This document shows positions 9,383 to 19,114 of a stretch of DNA of 64,000 nucleotides, piece after piece (positions within the stretch are counted from its first letter, which is position 1; every line of letters begins with the position of its first letter). Made by a program: the position numbers and the translations under genes. The notes under the pieces were generated by a model. It was not told the origin of the DNA, did not search any database, and saw nothing but the letters and a program-made list of their open reading frames with translations. The DNA comes from an uncultured Solirubrobacterales bacterium (GTDB lineage Bacteria; Actinomycetota; Thermoleophilia; Solirubrobacterales; Solirubrobacteraceae). The stretch is from positions 54,944 through 118,943 of the forward strand of contig CAWBDB010000006.1 in the NCBI GenBank assembly GCA_963787535.1. Reading direction: 5' to 3'.

Positions 9383-11520
9383 TGATACTCCTCCAGTCGC
9401 TCGGCCAGCCGGCTGTGGCGGCGGCCGGTGTCAGGTGTCCTCACCGCGCGAGCGATGATTTCCGGAGTGCCGACGAGCACCGTGGCCACGCGCGCCCTGG
9501 TCACGGCGGTGTACAGCATCTCTCGCCGCAGGAAGAACGCGCCGGCCGCGGGGTGGGCGACGATCACCGCCACCGGCAGCTCGATCCCTTGACCGCGATG
9601 CACCGAGCAGGCATAGGCGAGCCGCAGACGGTCGGCCTCCTCCAGCGGGAGACGGAACACCGTCTCCTCGGCGGCCAGCAGCAGTGCGGCCTCGTCGTCC
9701 TCGCCGGAGATCTCATCGAGCAGGCGGAGCAGCGTCCCGTTCATCAGCCCCAGCTCGTGCAGGTTCCGTCCGGTCATCATCACCTTGTCGCCGATGCGCA
9801 GCCGCCCTCCGCGGACCGGCTGACCGGTCGGGTTCAGCGCGTCACGCAGGGCCTCGCCCAGCGCGTCGATTCCAAGCTCGCCGCGGTAGACGGGCGAGAA
9901 CACCTGGATGTCGCTGACCGGATCGAGCTCATAGTGTCCGGGGAGCCGTTCGCTGACCAGCGAGACGATCTCCTCGCGCGCGGCGCGGGGGTCGGCACGA
10001 GCGATCAGGAACAGGTCGCGTCGCATCCCATCAGCCGCCGTGAACCGCGGCAGCTCACCACGACGGATGGCGTGCGCGCCCTGCACGATCATGCTGCCCG
10101 CCGCCTGCCGGAAGATGTGGGTCAGGCGCACCGTCGGCACACGCGCTGACGCCACCAGGTCGGCGAACGGCTTGCCGGCGCCCACCGGGGCCAGCTGGTC
10201 CGCGTCTCCGACCAGGACGACATGCGTCTGGGCCCCGACGGCCCGCAGCAGCATCACCAGCAGCTCCAGGTTGGCCATCGAGGACTCGTCGAGGATCAGC
10301 AACTCGCCCGGGAGCGGATCGTCCTCGTCGTGAGTCGGGCCCTCACCTGGGATCCAGCCCAGTGCCGAGTGGACGGTTCGGGCCTTGACGCCGCTGGCCT
10401 CGCTCATCCTGATCGCCGCTCGTCCGGTCGGGGCCACCAACAGCACGCGCGCGCCCTGCCCGCTGGCCACGGCGGCGATCGTCCGGATCGAGGCGGTCTT
10501 CCCGGTCCCCGGCCCGCCGGTGATCACCGACAACCGGTGGCTGAGCGCGTTACGCAAGCCGGACTGCTGCTCGGCGGTCGGCTGAGGCCCGTCCTGGCTG
10601 ACAGCCTGCTCCACATCGTCCGCATGCAGGCGAGAGCCGGCGGGGCTGTCGAGCAACTCCCGCACGCGCTCGGCCAGCTCGGCCTCGAGCTCGGCCGTGG
10701 CTCGGCGATACACCCAGGGGCCGGCGCAGACGACATCTCCGGACTCCCGCAGGGACGCCAGCAACTGCGCCGGAGGATCGGCGCTCAGCAGCTCGGTCAG
10801 CCCCGTGAGCAGCTCGGCGGCGGGCATGCAGGTGCTGCCGCTGCGCTCACCCTCGGCCAACAAATGCAGCGCTCCGGCCCGCGCACGTTCGTGCTGGTCG
10901 GGGACCCTCCCCGCGGCGTGCGCGATCCGGTCGGCGATGGCAAAGCCCACGCCGAACACGCTGGTCAGCTCGTAGGGACGTTCGGCGACCACGCGGTGGG
11001 CGGTGGGGCCGTACTCCTCATGGACCCGCCGGACCAGGTAGGTGAGTCCGTGCGGGGCCAGCACCAGGTGCAGCTGGCGGGTGACCCGGAGCGCGTTCCA
11101 GCTCCCGCCCGCCTCCTGCGCCCGGGTCCCCCGCAAACCCGCCGAGCGAAACGCGGCACTCGGATCGCGATCGATTGCCTCCAACACGTCGGCTACGCCA
11201 TACCGGGTCACCAGGTCCGCGGCTCGCTGTGGCCCGACGTGCTTGACCCGGCGCAGGTAGGCGATCACCGTATCGGCGTCGGCAGGCGGCAACGGCACCG
11301 CCTCGCTGACCTTGACCTGGGGGCCGTAGCGGCCGTCATCGACCCAGATGCCGATCACCCGCGCCCGCTCTCGCGCCTCCAGGTGGGTCAGCTGGCCGAC
11401 CAGCACCACCTCGTCCCCATCGGCGTCGGCGGCATCGACCACGGCCCAGCCGGTGGCGTCGCTGGCGTAGCGGGTCCGGCGGACCAGCACCTCGGACTCG
11501 AAACGCTCCATCATGCCCAT
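9379..11520 (-). CDS. recD2: RecD2-like SF1B ATP-dependent DNA helicase
   Basis: N-terminal OB-like region, HhH region (KHVGPQRA), Walker A GGPGTGKT, LILDESSM, VGDADQLAPVG, AYACSVHRGQG, YTAVTRAR; start placed at 11520. Confidence 0.9.
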   Translation of the reverse strand: MGMMERFESEVLVRRTRYASDATGWAVVDAADADGDEVVLVGQLTHLEARERARVIGIWVDDGRYGPQVKVSEAVPLPPADADTVIAYLRRVKHVGPQRAADLVTRYGVADVLEAIDRDPSAAFRSAGLRGTRAQEAGGSWNALRVTRQLHLVLAPHGLTYLVRRVHEEYGPTAHRVVAERPYELTSVFGVGFAIADRIAHAAGRVPDQHERARAGALHLLAEGERSGSTCMPAAELLTGLTELLSADPPAQLLASLRESGDVVCAGPWVYRRATAELEAELAERVRELLDSPAGSRLHADDVEQAVSQDGPQPTAEQQSGLRNALSHRLSVITGGPGTGKTASIRTIAAVASGQGARVLLVAPTGRAAIRMSEASGVKARTVHSALGWIPGEGPTHDEDDPLPGELLILDESSMANLELLVMLLRAVGAQTHVVLVGDADQLAPVGAGKPFADLVASARVPTVRLTHIFRQAAGSMIVQGAHAIRRGELPRFTAADGMRRDLFLIARADPRAAREEIVSLVSERLPGHYELDPVSDIQVFSPVYRGELGIDALGEALRDALNPTGQPVRGGRLRIGDKVMMTGRNLHELGLMNGTLLRLLDEISGEDDEAALLLAAEETVFRLPLEEADRLRLAYACSVHRGQGIELPVAVIVAHPAAGAFFLRREMLYTAVTRARVATVLVGTPEIIARAVRTPDTGRRHSRLAERLEEYQ

Positions 11521-11630
11521 GGACCCTAGCCGCCACCGCAGCGTGACCGCCACGGTGGCGCAGAGATGGCACAGCCCGCGGACGGGGGAGCCGGTGCTGT
11601 GTACCGTGGGTTCCCGCGTACGTCGTCCGG

Positions 11631-12142
11631 CTAGTCCTGCTCGGACCGACGCACCGCCGCCTGCATGCCCTCGCTGCCGATCAAGCTGTGAAAGGCGCTG
11701 ACCAACGGCCTGACCGCCCGCACGCCGAGCCGCCCCTGTGCTCCGATCGCCTCCACCCGACCTCGGTGAGCAGCGCACTCCCGCCTTCGATTCCCGGCTC
11801 CACCCAGTGGGCGAACATCACCCGCGCCGTCCCCCGTTGGGCGAAGCGCCGGAACTGCTCCGCATCCTCCATCTGGGGATAGTCACGGCGAAGCGTCCAG
11901 GTCCGGCCCACCAGTCCCGAAGCGAGCATCGTCTGCGCCTGCTCCAATACGGCGAACGGGGGGCTGCGGAACAGCTCGTCGAAGGTGAGCTCGGGCCGGG
12001 TTCCCGGCAGGCGCCAGCTCACCAGCCGACCGAGGAGCGCGGTGTCAGCGAGTCGGACGGCTCGGGCCGAGTGCCACAGACGCTCGGCGGGGGCGCGGCT
12101 GTGGCGATGGTGGGCGACCCGGAGTCCGGGTTCTGCCATCAA
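11631..12142 (-). CDS. Hypothetical protein, probable 1-base deletion at ~11760
   Basis: ORF 11681-12142 is protein-like until LLTEV; a one-base shift continues RVEAIGAQGRLGVRAVRPLVSAFHSLIGSEG..EQD-stop at 11631. Confidence 0.55.
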
Positions 12143-12200
12143 GTGGTCGAGGTCGGGCCCATGGCGCTGAACGTTAGGGCGCCGGGTCGGCGATTATCTG

Positions 12201-12857
12201 GTGGTGATCCGACATGCGCTCGCCCCGGTGCTGGCGCCCGCCGCAGAGTCCCTCTCGCTGCCCCGCGACCTGGACGCGGGCGCCGCCGGACTGGCCATCA
12301 CCTTCGATGACGGGCCCCACCCCGAGGGAACGCCGGCGATGCTCGAGCTGCTCGCGCACGCGCACGCGCGCGCGACGTTCTTCATGATCGGCGAGCAGGT
12401 GGCCCGTCGGCCCGAGCTGGCGGCGGAGGTGGCCGCGGCAGGTCATTGCATCGCGCTGCACGGCCACCGCCATCGCCTCCAGCTGCGGCTCTCGGCCGCG
12501 GCGGTGCAGGAGGACCTGCGTCAGGGTCGGGAGGCGATCGTGCAGGCCACCGGGATCGACCCGGTGCTGCATCGACCGCCATACGGGATCTACAGTGCCG
12601 ATGGCCTGGCCTATGTACGCGCCACCGGGATGAAGCCGCTGCTGTGGTCGCGCTGGGGCAAGGACTGGCGCCGGTTCACAACCCCTCGCACGATCGCCGC
12701 CCTGGCCACCCGCGGGATCGCTGCCGGCGACGTGATCCTCCTGCACGATGCGGACTTTTACAGCTCCCAGGACTCCCACCGGCGCACCGCCCAGGCTCTG
12801 CGGCTGATCCTCGCTGATCTGCAGCGGCGGGAAATCGCTACCGTCCTACCCGTCTGA
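12201..12857 (+). CDS. Polysaccharide deacetylase (NodB/CE4)
   Basis: ITFDDGP, HGHRH, RPPYG, DVILLHD motifs all intact. Confidence 0.9.
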   Translation: MVIRHALAPVLAPAAESLSLPRDLDAGAAGLAITFDDGPHPEGTPAMLELLAHAHARATFFMIGEQVARRPELAAEVAAAGHCIALHGHRHRLQLRLSAAAVQEDLRQGREAIVQATGIDPVLHRPPYGIYSADGLAYVRATGMKPLLWSRWGKDWRRFTTPRTIAALATRGIAAGDVILLHDADFYSSQDSHRRTAQALRLILADLQRREIATVLPV

Positions 12858-12992
12858 GAGGCTTACGTCGTGAGCGTCGTGAGCTGACACCGACTTGACA
12901 CGATCTGCCAAGCTTGTGCGCGGGGGATGCATCTCTGGCCGGTGATGCCCCGCGCTCTTCAGCGCCGCTCGGCTCGCACCGAGAGACCATCA

Positions 12993-14006
12993 ATGACCAT
13001 CGCTTCCGCAACTTCGAACTTCGAGAGGTTCGCGATCGGGTTCGACGATCGCGACCGCGCCCGTCTCCATGAGCTGATCGACGCCGTGCTCGATTCCAAT
13101 CGGTGGTCGGAGGCCGAGATGGTCGCCCGCTTCGAGGCAGCGTGGGCGGCTTGGAACGGGGTCCCGGCCGTCGCGGCCTCCAGCTGGGCCGGCGGCGCGC
13201 TGGCGGCGCTGGATTTCGCGAACGTCGACAGAGCTACGGTCCTGTGCCCGTCCAACACCTTCATGGCCACCCCCCTGGCCGCGATTCGCGCCGGCGCCGA
13301 GGTCCAGTTCGTCGACTGCAACCGCCACGACCTGTGCATGTCGTTCGCCGACTTCGAGGCCAAGGCGCAGGAGCACAAGCCCAAGGCCGCGTTCCTGGTT
13401 CACGTCGGTGGTCACATCGCCTTCGACACCGAGCGCATCGCCGGGTTCTGCGCCGCCAACGGGATCTTCCTCATCGAGGACTGCGCGCACGCTCATGGAG
13501 CCAGCTGGAACGGGCGTAAGCCCGGGAGCTACGGTGACGCCGGGATCTACTCGCTGTACGCGACCAAGACGATCTCCACCGGCGAGGGCGGCGTCCTCGT
13601 CTCCCGGCGCCCTGAGGTGATCGAGCACGCGCGCGGCTTTCGCAACTACGGCAAGCCGAATTTCGACGTGCGCGGCCTCAACTTCCGCATGAGCGAGTTC
13701 ACCGCTGCGCTCGGGCTCGTCCAGATTGAGCGGCTGCCGGAAATCGTTTCCTGGAAGAACTCGGTGGCCCGCGAGCATCTGGATCCGGCGTACCCGAGCC
13801 GGCTCGAGTTACCTGAGGGCATGGTCTCCGGGCTCTACAAGTACGTCGTGTTCGACTGGCTGGAGCGCTCCACCGGCCGCGTCTACGACGAGCCGTGTCA
13901 CCGGATCCTCGGCCACCAGGTGCAGCTGCCCAACGCCGATTGGGTCGCGCACAACCACTCCTGCGTGCCGCTGTACTACCGGCCAGAAGCCACGGTGCCT
14001 GGATGA
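12993..14006 (+). CDS. DegT/DnrJ/EryC1/StrS PLP-dependent sugar aminotransferase
   Basis: PSNTFMAT, IEDCAHAHG, SLYATK (PLP lysine), GEGG, NFRMSE; ATG 12993 preferred as start. Confidence 0.9.
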   Translation: MTIASATSNFERFAIGFDDRDRARLHELIDAVLDSNRWSEAEMVARFEAAWAAWNGVPAVAASSWAGGALAALDFANVDRATVLCPSNTFMATPLAAIRAGAEVQFVDCNRHDLCMSFADFEAKAQEHKPKAAFLVHVGGHIAFDTERIAGFCAANGIFLIEDCAHAHGASWNGRKPGSYGDAGIYSLYATKTISTGEGGVLVSRRPEVIEHARGFRNYGKPNFDVRGLNFRMSEFTAALGLVQIERLPEIVSWKNSVAREHLDPAYPSRLELPEGMVSGLYKYVVFDWLERSTGRVYDEPCHRILGHQVQLPNADWVAHNHSCVPLYYRPEATVPG

Positions 14007-16726
14007 GGGTTCTCGTCACCGGCGGGTCGGGCTTCATCGGCTCGCACGTGATCGACAAGCTTCGTGCCCGCGGCCACGAGCCCGTGATCTACGACCTGCG
14101 GCCTTCGCCGTGGCATGAGCCCGGGTCGGTGGACACCGTGCTGGGCTCGATCACCGATCGCGAGGCCCTGGAGCGCGCGCTGCATTCCTGCGACGCCGTC
14201 GCTCACCTGGCCGCGGTCGCCGACGTCAACGACGTCCACGCCGAGCCCGAGGACGCCGAGCGGGTCAATGCCCGTGGCACCGTCGCGGTGCTGGAGGCGG
14301 CGCGGCGAGCCGGCGTCAAGCGGATCGTCTACGCGAGCACGATCTGGGTCTACTCCGATTGCCAGCCCGAGGCGGTCGACGAGCAGACGCTGCTGCCGCC
14401 GCCCAGCCATCTCTACACCAGCACCAAGCTGGCCGGCGAGCTGTACTGCAAGGCCTACCAGGAGCTCTACGGGATCGACTACACGATCATGCGCTTCGGC
14501 ATCCCGTACGGGCCGCGGGCTCGCGAGGCGGCGGTGATTCCGGCGTTCGTCAACAAGGCGTTCAAGGGCGAGCCGCTGACGCTGGCCGGCGACGGCAGCC
14601 AGTCGCGCCGCTTTGTCTACGTCGAGGACCTCGCCGACGGGGTCGCCCTGGGACTGAGCGAGGTCGCCACCAACCGGATCTACAACCTCGCCAGCGACGA
14701 GAACGTGACCATCAAGCAGATCGCTGAAACGGTCAAGGACCTGATCGGCAACGTCGAGATCGTCCATACCCCGGCTCGTCCCGGAGACTTCGGCGGCAAG
14801 GTCGTCTGCAGCCAGCGCGCGCAGCACGAACTCGGATGGAGCGCCGCCACTCCCTTCTCCGAAGGTGTCCGCCGCTACGTGGAATGGCGGCGCGAGGAGG
14901 CCCGGAAAGCCGACACCGAGCAGGCAGTCGCGGTGATCCCGGCAGGGGAGCCGGACGCCGAGGCGGGTCCGCGCAAGGTGCTGATCATCTCTGCGGACAT
15001 CGGCGAGGGTCACGACCTGCCGGCACGGGCGGTGGCGCGGGAGTTCAAGGACGAGGATCCTGATGCGCTGGTTTCGATCGTCAACGGGCTGCCGGCAATG
15101 GGTCCTGTGCTGACGAGGGTCTTGCGTGAGAACTCGGCCTTCATGTTCCGGTGGCTGCCCTGGCTGTTCGACCTGCAGTACATGCTGTTCATGTACTTCG
15201 CGCCCACTCGATGGCTGGCGCGATGGCTGCTGACCACGCTGGGCCGCCGCGGGCTGATGCGGATGATCCGCGCCCACGACCCCGACGTGATCGTCTCGAC
15301 CTATCCCGGTGTCACCGCCGTCCTCGGCGAGATGCGCCGCTCGGGCAGGCTGAAGGTACCCTGCTACTCCTCGATCACCGATCTCGCTGGGCTCCAGTTC
15401 TGGGCCCATCCCGGCATCGACCTGCATTTCGTCACCCATCCCGAGTCAACCGACGAGGTGGAGCAGATCGCGGGTCCGGGCAGCGTTCGTTGGGCCAAGC
15501 CGCCGACCTCGCCCGCGTTTCTCGCCACCCGGTCGCGCGCGGACGCACGACGGGCGCTTGGTCTGCCTGCCGACGCCAAGGTGATCGGCGTCTCGGGTGG
15601 CGGGTGGGGCGTCGGCGATCTGGTCGGCGCGACCCGGGTCGCGCTCAACTCCGAGCCCGACGCGATCGTCCTCTGCCTGTGCGGACGCAACGATCGCCTG
15701 CGGGCGCGGGTGACCAAGCGCTTCGGCGATCAGCCGCGGCTGCGAGTGATGGGCTTCACCGACCGGATGGGCGACGTGCTCGCCGCAGTCGACGCGCTGG
15801 TTCACTCCAGCGCCGGACTGACCGTGCTCGAAGCGATCATCCGCGGCTGTCCGATTGTCTCCTACGGCTTCGGCGTCGGTCACGTCCGCGCCAGCAACCG
15901 TGCTCTTAAGCGCTTCGGGCTGGCTGAGGTTGCGGGGTCGGAGAGCGATCTGGCCCCCGCGCTGGCCCGGGCGCTCGAGCGCCGTCTTGAGCCCGATCCG
16001 ACTTTCGCCAAGCGGCCCTCGACCGCTTCGCTGATTCTCTCCGAGGACCGCCGCGTTGTACCCATGCCGGCGTGGCGGCTGCGGACTGCCCGCGCTATCA
16101 CTGCGGCCGCAGCGGTGGTCGCCGTCCTCGGATGGACGCTGACCACCGGAGCCTCATACAAGCTGGTCTCGCACTTCGTGCACATGCGAGCGATCACCAC
16201 CGTGGCCACCACTCGGCCCGAGGTGGGCGTGCTCGTCGACGCCCCCGGCCCCGACGTGGTCGACCTCGCCGGCACACTGGCAGCGACCGGCATCCACGCC
16301 TCGTTCGCGGTCGATCATTCGCTCACCCCCGGCGATCTGAGCATCGTCGGCAACGGTGATCAGCCAGTTCCCCGACTACCCGGCGGGGGCTTGGTGCGGT
16401 GGCTGCAGACGCGAGCACAGCTCCACCGGCTGCTGCGGGAGATGGGTGTTGCCCACCACTTCCTCTACACCTCCAGCGGCCCCAGCGTCGGTCAGTGGTG
16501 GCTCGCCCACGGCGCCGGCGGCCGGCTCATCGCCGGGGCGGTCAGGCTCGATGATGCCGGTGACGGTCTCGGCAGCCTGCATTCCGGCGAGGTCGTCGAG
16601 CTCACGGTGTCGAACATGGATGAGGCTCTGCCGCTGCTCCAGAAGCTCCAGGCAACGCTGCAGGTCGATCATCTCGCTGCCGTGCCGGTAGGTCGGCTGA
16701 TGCGCGACGCCGGCGCGTCGGCTTAG
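14003..16726 (+). CDS. Fusion: NAD-dependent sugar epimerase/dehydratase + GT28 (MGDG synthase/UgtP-like) glycosyltransferase + TM + degenerate NodB-like domain
   Basis: ATG 14003 overlaps the DegT stop (ATGA). GGSGFIG and YTSTK; then ISADIGEGH, DVIVSTYP, SGGGWGVG, CGRN, GFTDRM..SSAGLTVLEA; hydrophobic helix; C-terminal domain lacking deacetylase motifs. Confidence 0.85.
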   Translation: MRVLVTGGSGFIGSHVIDKLRARGHEPVIYDLRPSPWHEPGSVDTVLGSITDREALERALHSCDAVAHLAAVADVNDVHAEPEDAERVNARGTVAVLEAARRAGVKRIVYASTIWVYSDCQPEAVDEQTLLPPPSHLYTSTKLAGELYCKAYQELYGIDYTIMRFGIPYGPRAREAAVIPAFVNKAFKGEPLTLAGDGSQSRRFVYVEDLADGVALGLSEVATNRIYNLASDENVTIKQIAETVKDLIGNVEIVHTPARPGDFGGKVVCSQRAQHELGWSAATPFSEGVRRYVEWRREEARKADTEQAVAVIPAGEPDAEAGPRKVLIISADIGEGHDLPARAVAREFKDEDPDALVSIVNGLPAMGPVLTRVLRENSAFMFRWLPWLFDLQYMLFMYFAPTRWLARWLLTTLGRRGLMRMIRAHDPDVIVSTYPGVTAVLGEMRRSGRLKVPCYSSITDLAGLQFWAHPGIDLHFVTHPESTDEVEQIAGPGSVRWAKPPTSPAFLATRSRADARRALGLPADAKVIGVSGGGWGVGDLVGATRVALNSEPDAIVLCLCGRNDRLRARVTKRFGDQPRLRVMGFTDRMGDVLAAVDALVHSSAGLTVLEAIIRGCPIVSYGFGVGHVRASNRALKRFGLAEVAGSESDLAPALARALERRLEPDPTFAKRPSTASLILSEDRRVVPMPAWRLRTARAITAAAAVVAVLGWTLTTGASYKLVSHFVHMRAITTVATTRPEVGVLVDAPGPDVVDLAGTLAATGIHASFAVDHSLTPGDLSIVGNGDQPVPRLPGGGLVRWLQTRAQLHRLLREMGVAHHFLYTSSGPSVGQWWLAHGAGGRLIAGAVRLDDAGDGLGSLHSGEVVELTVSNMDEALPLLQKLQATLQVDHLAAVPVGRLMRDAGASA

Positions 16727-16786
16727 CGTTCGCCCCACGCGGCCCCCGGCTTCGCAACCGCCGTCTGCTCTCCGCGGGGCGCCTGT

Positions 16787-17752
16787 CTACCAGTACACGC
16801 CGCGCGTGGCCCGCGCGAACGCCAGCTGCTCAGCCGTCGGCTCCTCGATCGCCCGTTGCTTGTCTCCGCCCTCGGGAAACAGCTTGTAGGCGCGGTGGAC
16901 GACCAGATCCTGAGCGCCCGGGGCGATCGCATAGGTCAGCTGACCGATGGTCCCGAGCGTGGTGGCGACGCGCTTGGGCCGCTTGCGGATCGCCTCGCAG
17001 AGCATCTCCCCGGCCTCCTCGGGGCTGAGCGTGGGGAAGCGGTCGTAGAGCTTGGTTGGAGCGATCATCGGCGTGCGCACCAGCGGCATGTAGACGGTGG
17101 TGAAGTGGACGCCGTCGCCGATCACCTCCGGTCCGATCGACCGGGCGAAGGCATCCAGTGCCGCTTTTGAGGCCAGGTAGGCGCTGAACCGCGGGGTGTT
17201 GGTCTGCAGGCCGATGGTCGAGACGTTGATGATGTGGCCCGATCCCTCCTCCCGCATCACCGGGAGCAGCTTCAGGATCAACTTGACGGGCGCGAAGTAA
17301 TTGAGCTGCATCGTCCGCTCGTAGTCGTGAAAGCGCTCATAGGAGCGATGGACCGAGCGGCGGATCGAACGGCCGGCGTTGTTGACCAGGACGTCGACGA
17401 GGCCGTGCTGGTCCAGCACCTCCTCGGCGAGGCGATCGACGTCATCGAGATCGGAGAGGTCGCAGGGATGGACGTGGCCCTGGCCGCCGAGGTCTCGGAC
17501 CTCCCGCGCGACCTCCTCGAGCTTCTCCGGCGTGCGCGCCACCAGCAGCACCGTCCCTCCCGCCGCGCCGAGCTGCAGCGCAGTGGCCCGACCGATTCCC
17601 TGAGAGGCGCCGGTGATGAGGATGTTGCGATCTCTGACCACGCCGGAGAGTGACTGGGCCAGTACCCCGCCGGCCGCGGGAATGCGCTGTCCGAGGGTCA
17701 GCAGCGTCTGAACGCCCCTGACGGCGAGGTCCCCGAGATTTGGCGGCTCCAT
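16787..17752 (-). CDS. SDR oxidoreductase similar to fatty acyl-CoA reductase C-terminal domain
   Basis: ITGASQGIG, VLVNNAGRSIRRS, YLASK, VYMPLVRTPMIAPT. Confidence 0.85.
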   Translation of the reverse strand: MEPPNLGDLAVRGVQTLLTLGQRIPAAGGVLAQSLSGVVRDRNILITGASQGIGRATALQLGAAGGTVLLVARTPEKLEEVAREVRDLGGQGHVHPCDLSDLDDVDRLAEEVLDQHGLVDVLVNNAGRSIRRSVHRSYERFHDYERTMQLNYFAPVKLILKLLPVMREEGSGHIINVSTIGLQTNTPRFSAYLASKAALDAFARSIGPEVIGDGVHFTTVYMPLVRTPMIAPTKLYDRFPTLSPEEAGEMLCEAIRKRPKRVATTLGTIGQLTYAIAPGAQDLVVHRAYKLFPEGGDKQRAIEEPTAEQLAFARATRGVYW

Positions 17753-17800
17753 CGCCTCACCGTACCACCGGGACAGGGTTGCATCCGACCTGCCTCAGTG

Positions 17801-17814
17801 CGAACATGTGTTCG
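17801..17814. promoter_or_regulatory. LexA (SOS) box overlapping the imuB start
   Basis: CGAAC-ATGT-GTTCG, Gram-positive GAAC-N4-GTTC consensus. Confidence 0.85.
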
Positions 17815-19058
17815 TCTTGTCACTCGTCGTCTGCGCCCTCCTTCCCCGCTTCGAGCTGACGATCGCCGCCGGCGATCGAACCTCGCTGCTGCAGACGCCG
17901 GCGGCGCTCGCGCCCGAGTCGGGCAGCGTCCAGCAGGTGGGGGCGGTCTCACTGGCCGCCGAGGCGTTCGGGGTCCATCCGGGGATGCGAGTGGGCGAGG
18001 CCCTTGCCCGCTGTCCGCGGCTGATGCTGGTGCCGCCTGATCCAGCCGGTGTCGCCGACAGCTGGGAGCGCCTGCTCGTAGCGCTGGAATCGATCGGGGC
18101 CGCCGTTGAGCCCGAACGCCCCGGATTGGCGTGCTTTGAGGCCTCGGGTCTGCTGCGCCTGCATGGGAGCCTCGACGGCGTGCTCGCTGCATCCCGCCGG
18201 GCGCTGCGCATGGCGGCGCGTTTTGGCGTTGCCCCGTCCCGATTTTCCGCCCTGGCGGCGGCCACCAGAGCACGAGTGCGGCGAGCTGAGATCGTCCCTG
18301 GCGCCGCCACCGGTTTCGAGCGTCATGGGACCGGCTCGCCGGAGCGCGCTCGCGCGGGAGCTCGAGCCTACCTGGCCTCGATGCCGGTTTCGCTGTTGCG
18401 GGCGCGGCCAGCGTTGGCGGAGCTGCCCGAGGCACTCGAGCGCTTGGGAGTGGGAACGCTGGGGGAGCTGGCGGGAATGCCCGCGGCTGGGCTGGCAGAT
18501 CGCTTTGGTGCCGCCGGTCTACAGGCCCGCGAGCTTGCCGATGGAGGCGATACGCAGTTGCGCCCTCGTCCCATCGCCGAGTTCCTGAGGGAGGAGCTGG
18601 AGCTGCCCGAGGCAGCGTCCGGGATCCAGCTCGAGCGTGCGCTCGGCCTGCTGATCGATCGCCTCTTGGCCCGGCACGAGCGCCGCGGGCGAACCCTCCG
18701 CGCGGTCGTGATCTCCGCCGCGCTGGTGGAGGGAGGCGGTACCTGGCGTGAACAGGTCACCTTCCGTGAGGCGCTGGCCAATCCAGTCCGGATGCGGCTG
18801 GCGCTATCCGGGCGGTTGGCCCTGATGCCCGCTCCCGCCGAGCGCCTCCGGCTGGCGGTGGAGCGCTTCGGTCCTCCCGCCAGCGACCAGCGCAGCCTGC
18901 TGGACGATCCTGCCGGCGTCCGCGCGGTGCGTCTGCGGGAGGCGGTCCGGCAGGCTCGCGCGGCGGCGGGACCCGAAGCGGCGCTCCGGGTGCTGGAGGT
19001 GGACCCCGACTCTCGCTTCCCGGAGCGGCGGGCGGTGCTGACGCCGTTCGAGGGGTAG
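17808..19058 (+). CDS. imuB: ImuB-like catalytically inactive Y-family DNA polymerase
   Basis: A...GVHPGMRVGEALARCP, LERLGVGTLGELA HhH, little-finger region; catalytic acidic motifs replaced (VVCALLPRF, ERPGLACFE); LexA box at start. Confidence 0.85.
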   Translation: MFVLSLVVCALLPRFELTIAAGDRTSLLQTPAALAPESGSVQQVGAVSLAAEAFGVHPGMRVGEALARCPRLMLVPPDPAGVADSWERLLVALESIGAAVEPERPGLACFEASGLLRLHGSLDGVLAASRRALRMAARFGVAPSRFSALAAATRARVRRAEIVPGAATGFERHGTGSPERARAGARAYLASMPVSLLRARPALAELPEALERLGVGTLGELAGMPAAGLADRFGAAGLQARELADGGDTQLRPRPIAEFLREELELPEAASGIQLERALGLLIDRLLARHERRGRTLRAVVISAALVEGGGTWREQVTFREALANPVRMRLALSGRLALMPAPAERLRLAVERFGPPASDQRSLLDDPAGVRAVRLREAVRQARAAAGPEAALRVLEVDPDSRFPERRAVLTPFEG

Positions 19059-19114
19059 ATGTTGCAGGCTTACCCGATTTGTGCGTTAGGATTACACTGA
19101 TATTGTGTATATGC

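Noticed and set aside
13895-14002. N-terminal extension of the 943-aa ORF
   Set aside because: Overlaps the DegT gene; ATG 14003 gives the canonical MRVLVTGGSG start and ATGA coupling.
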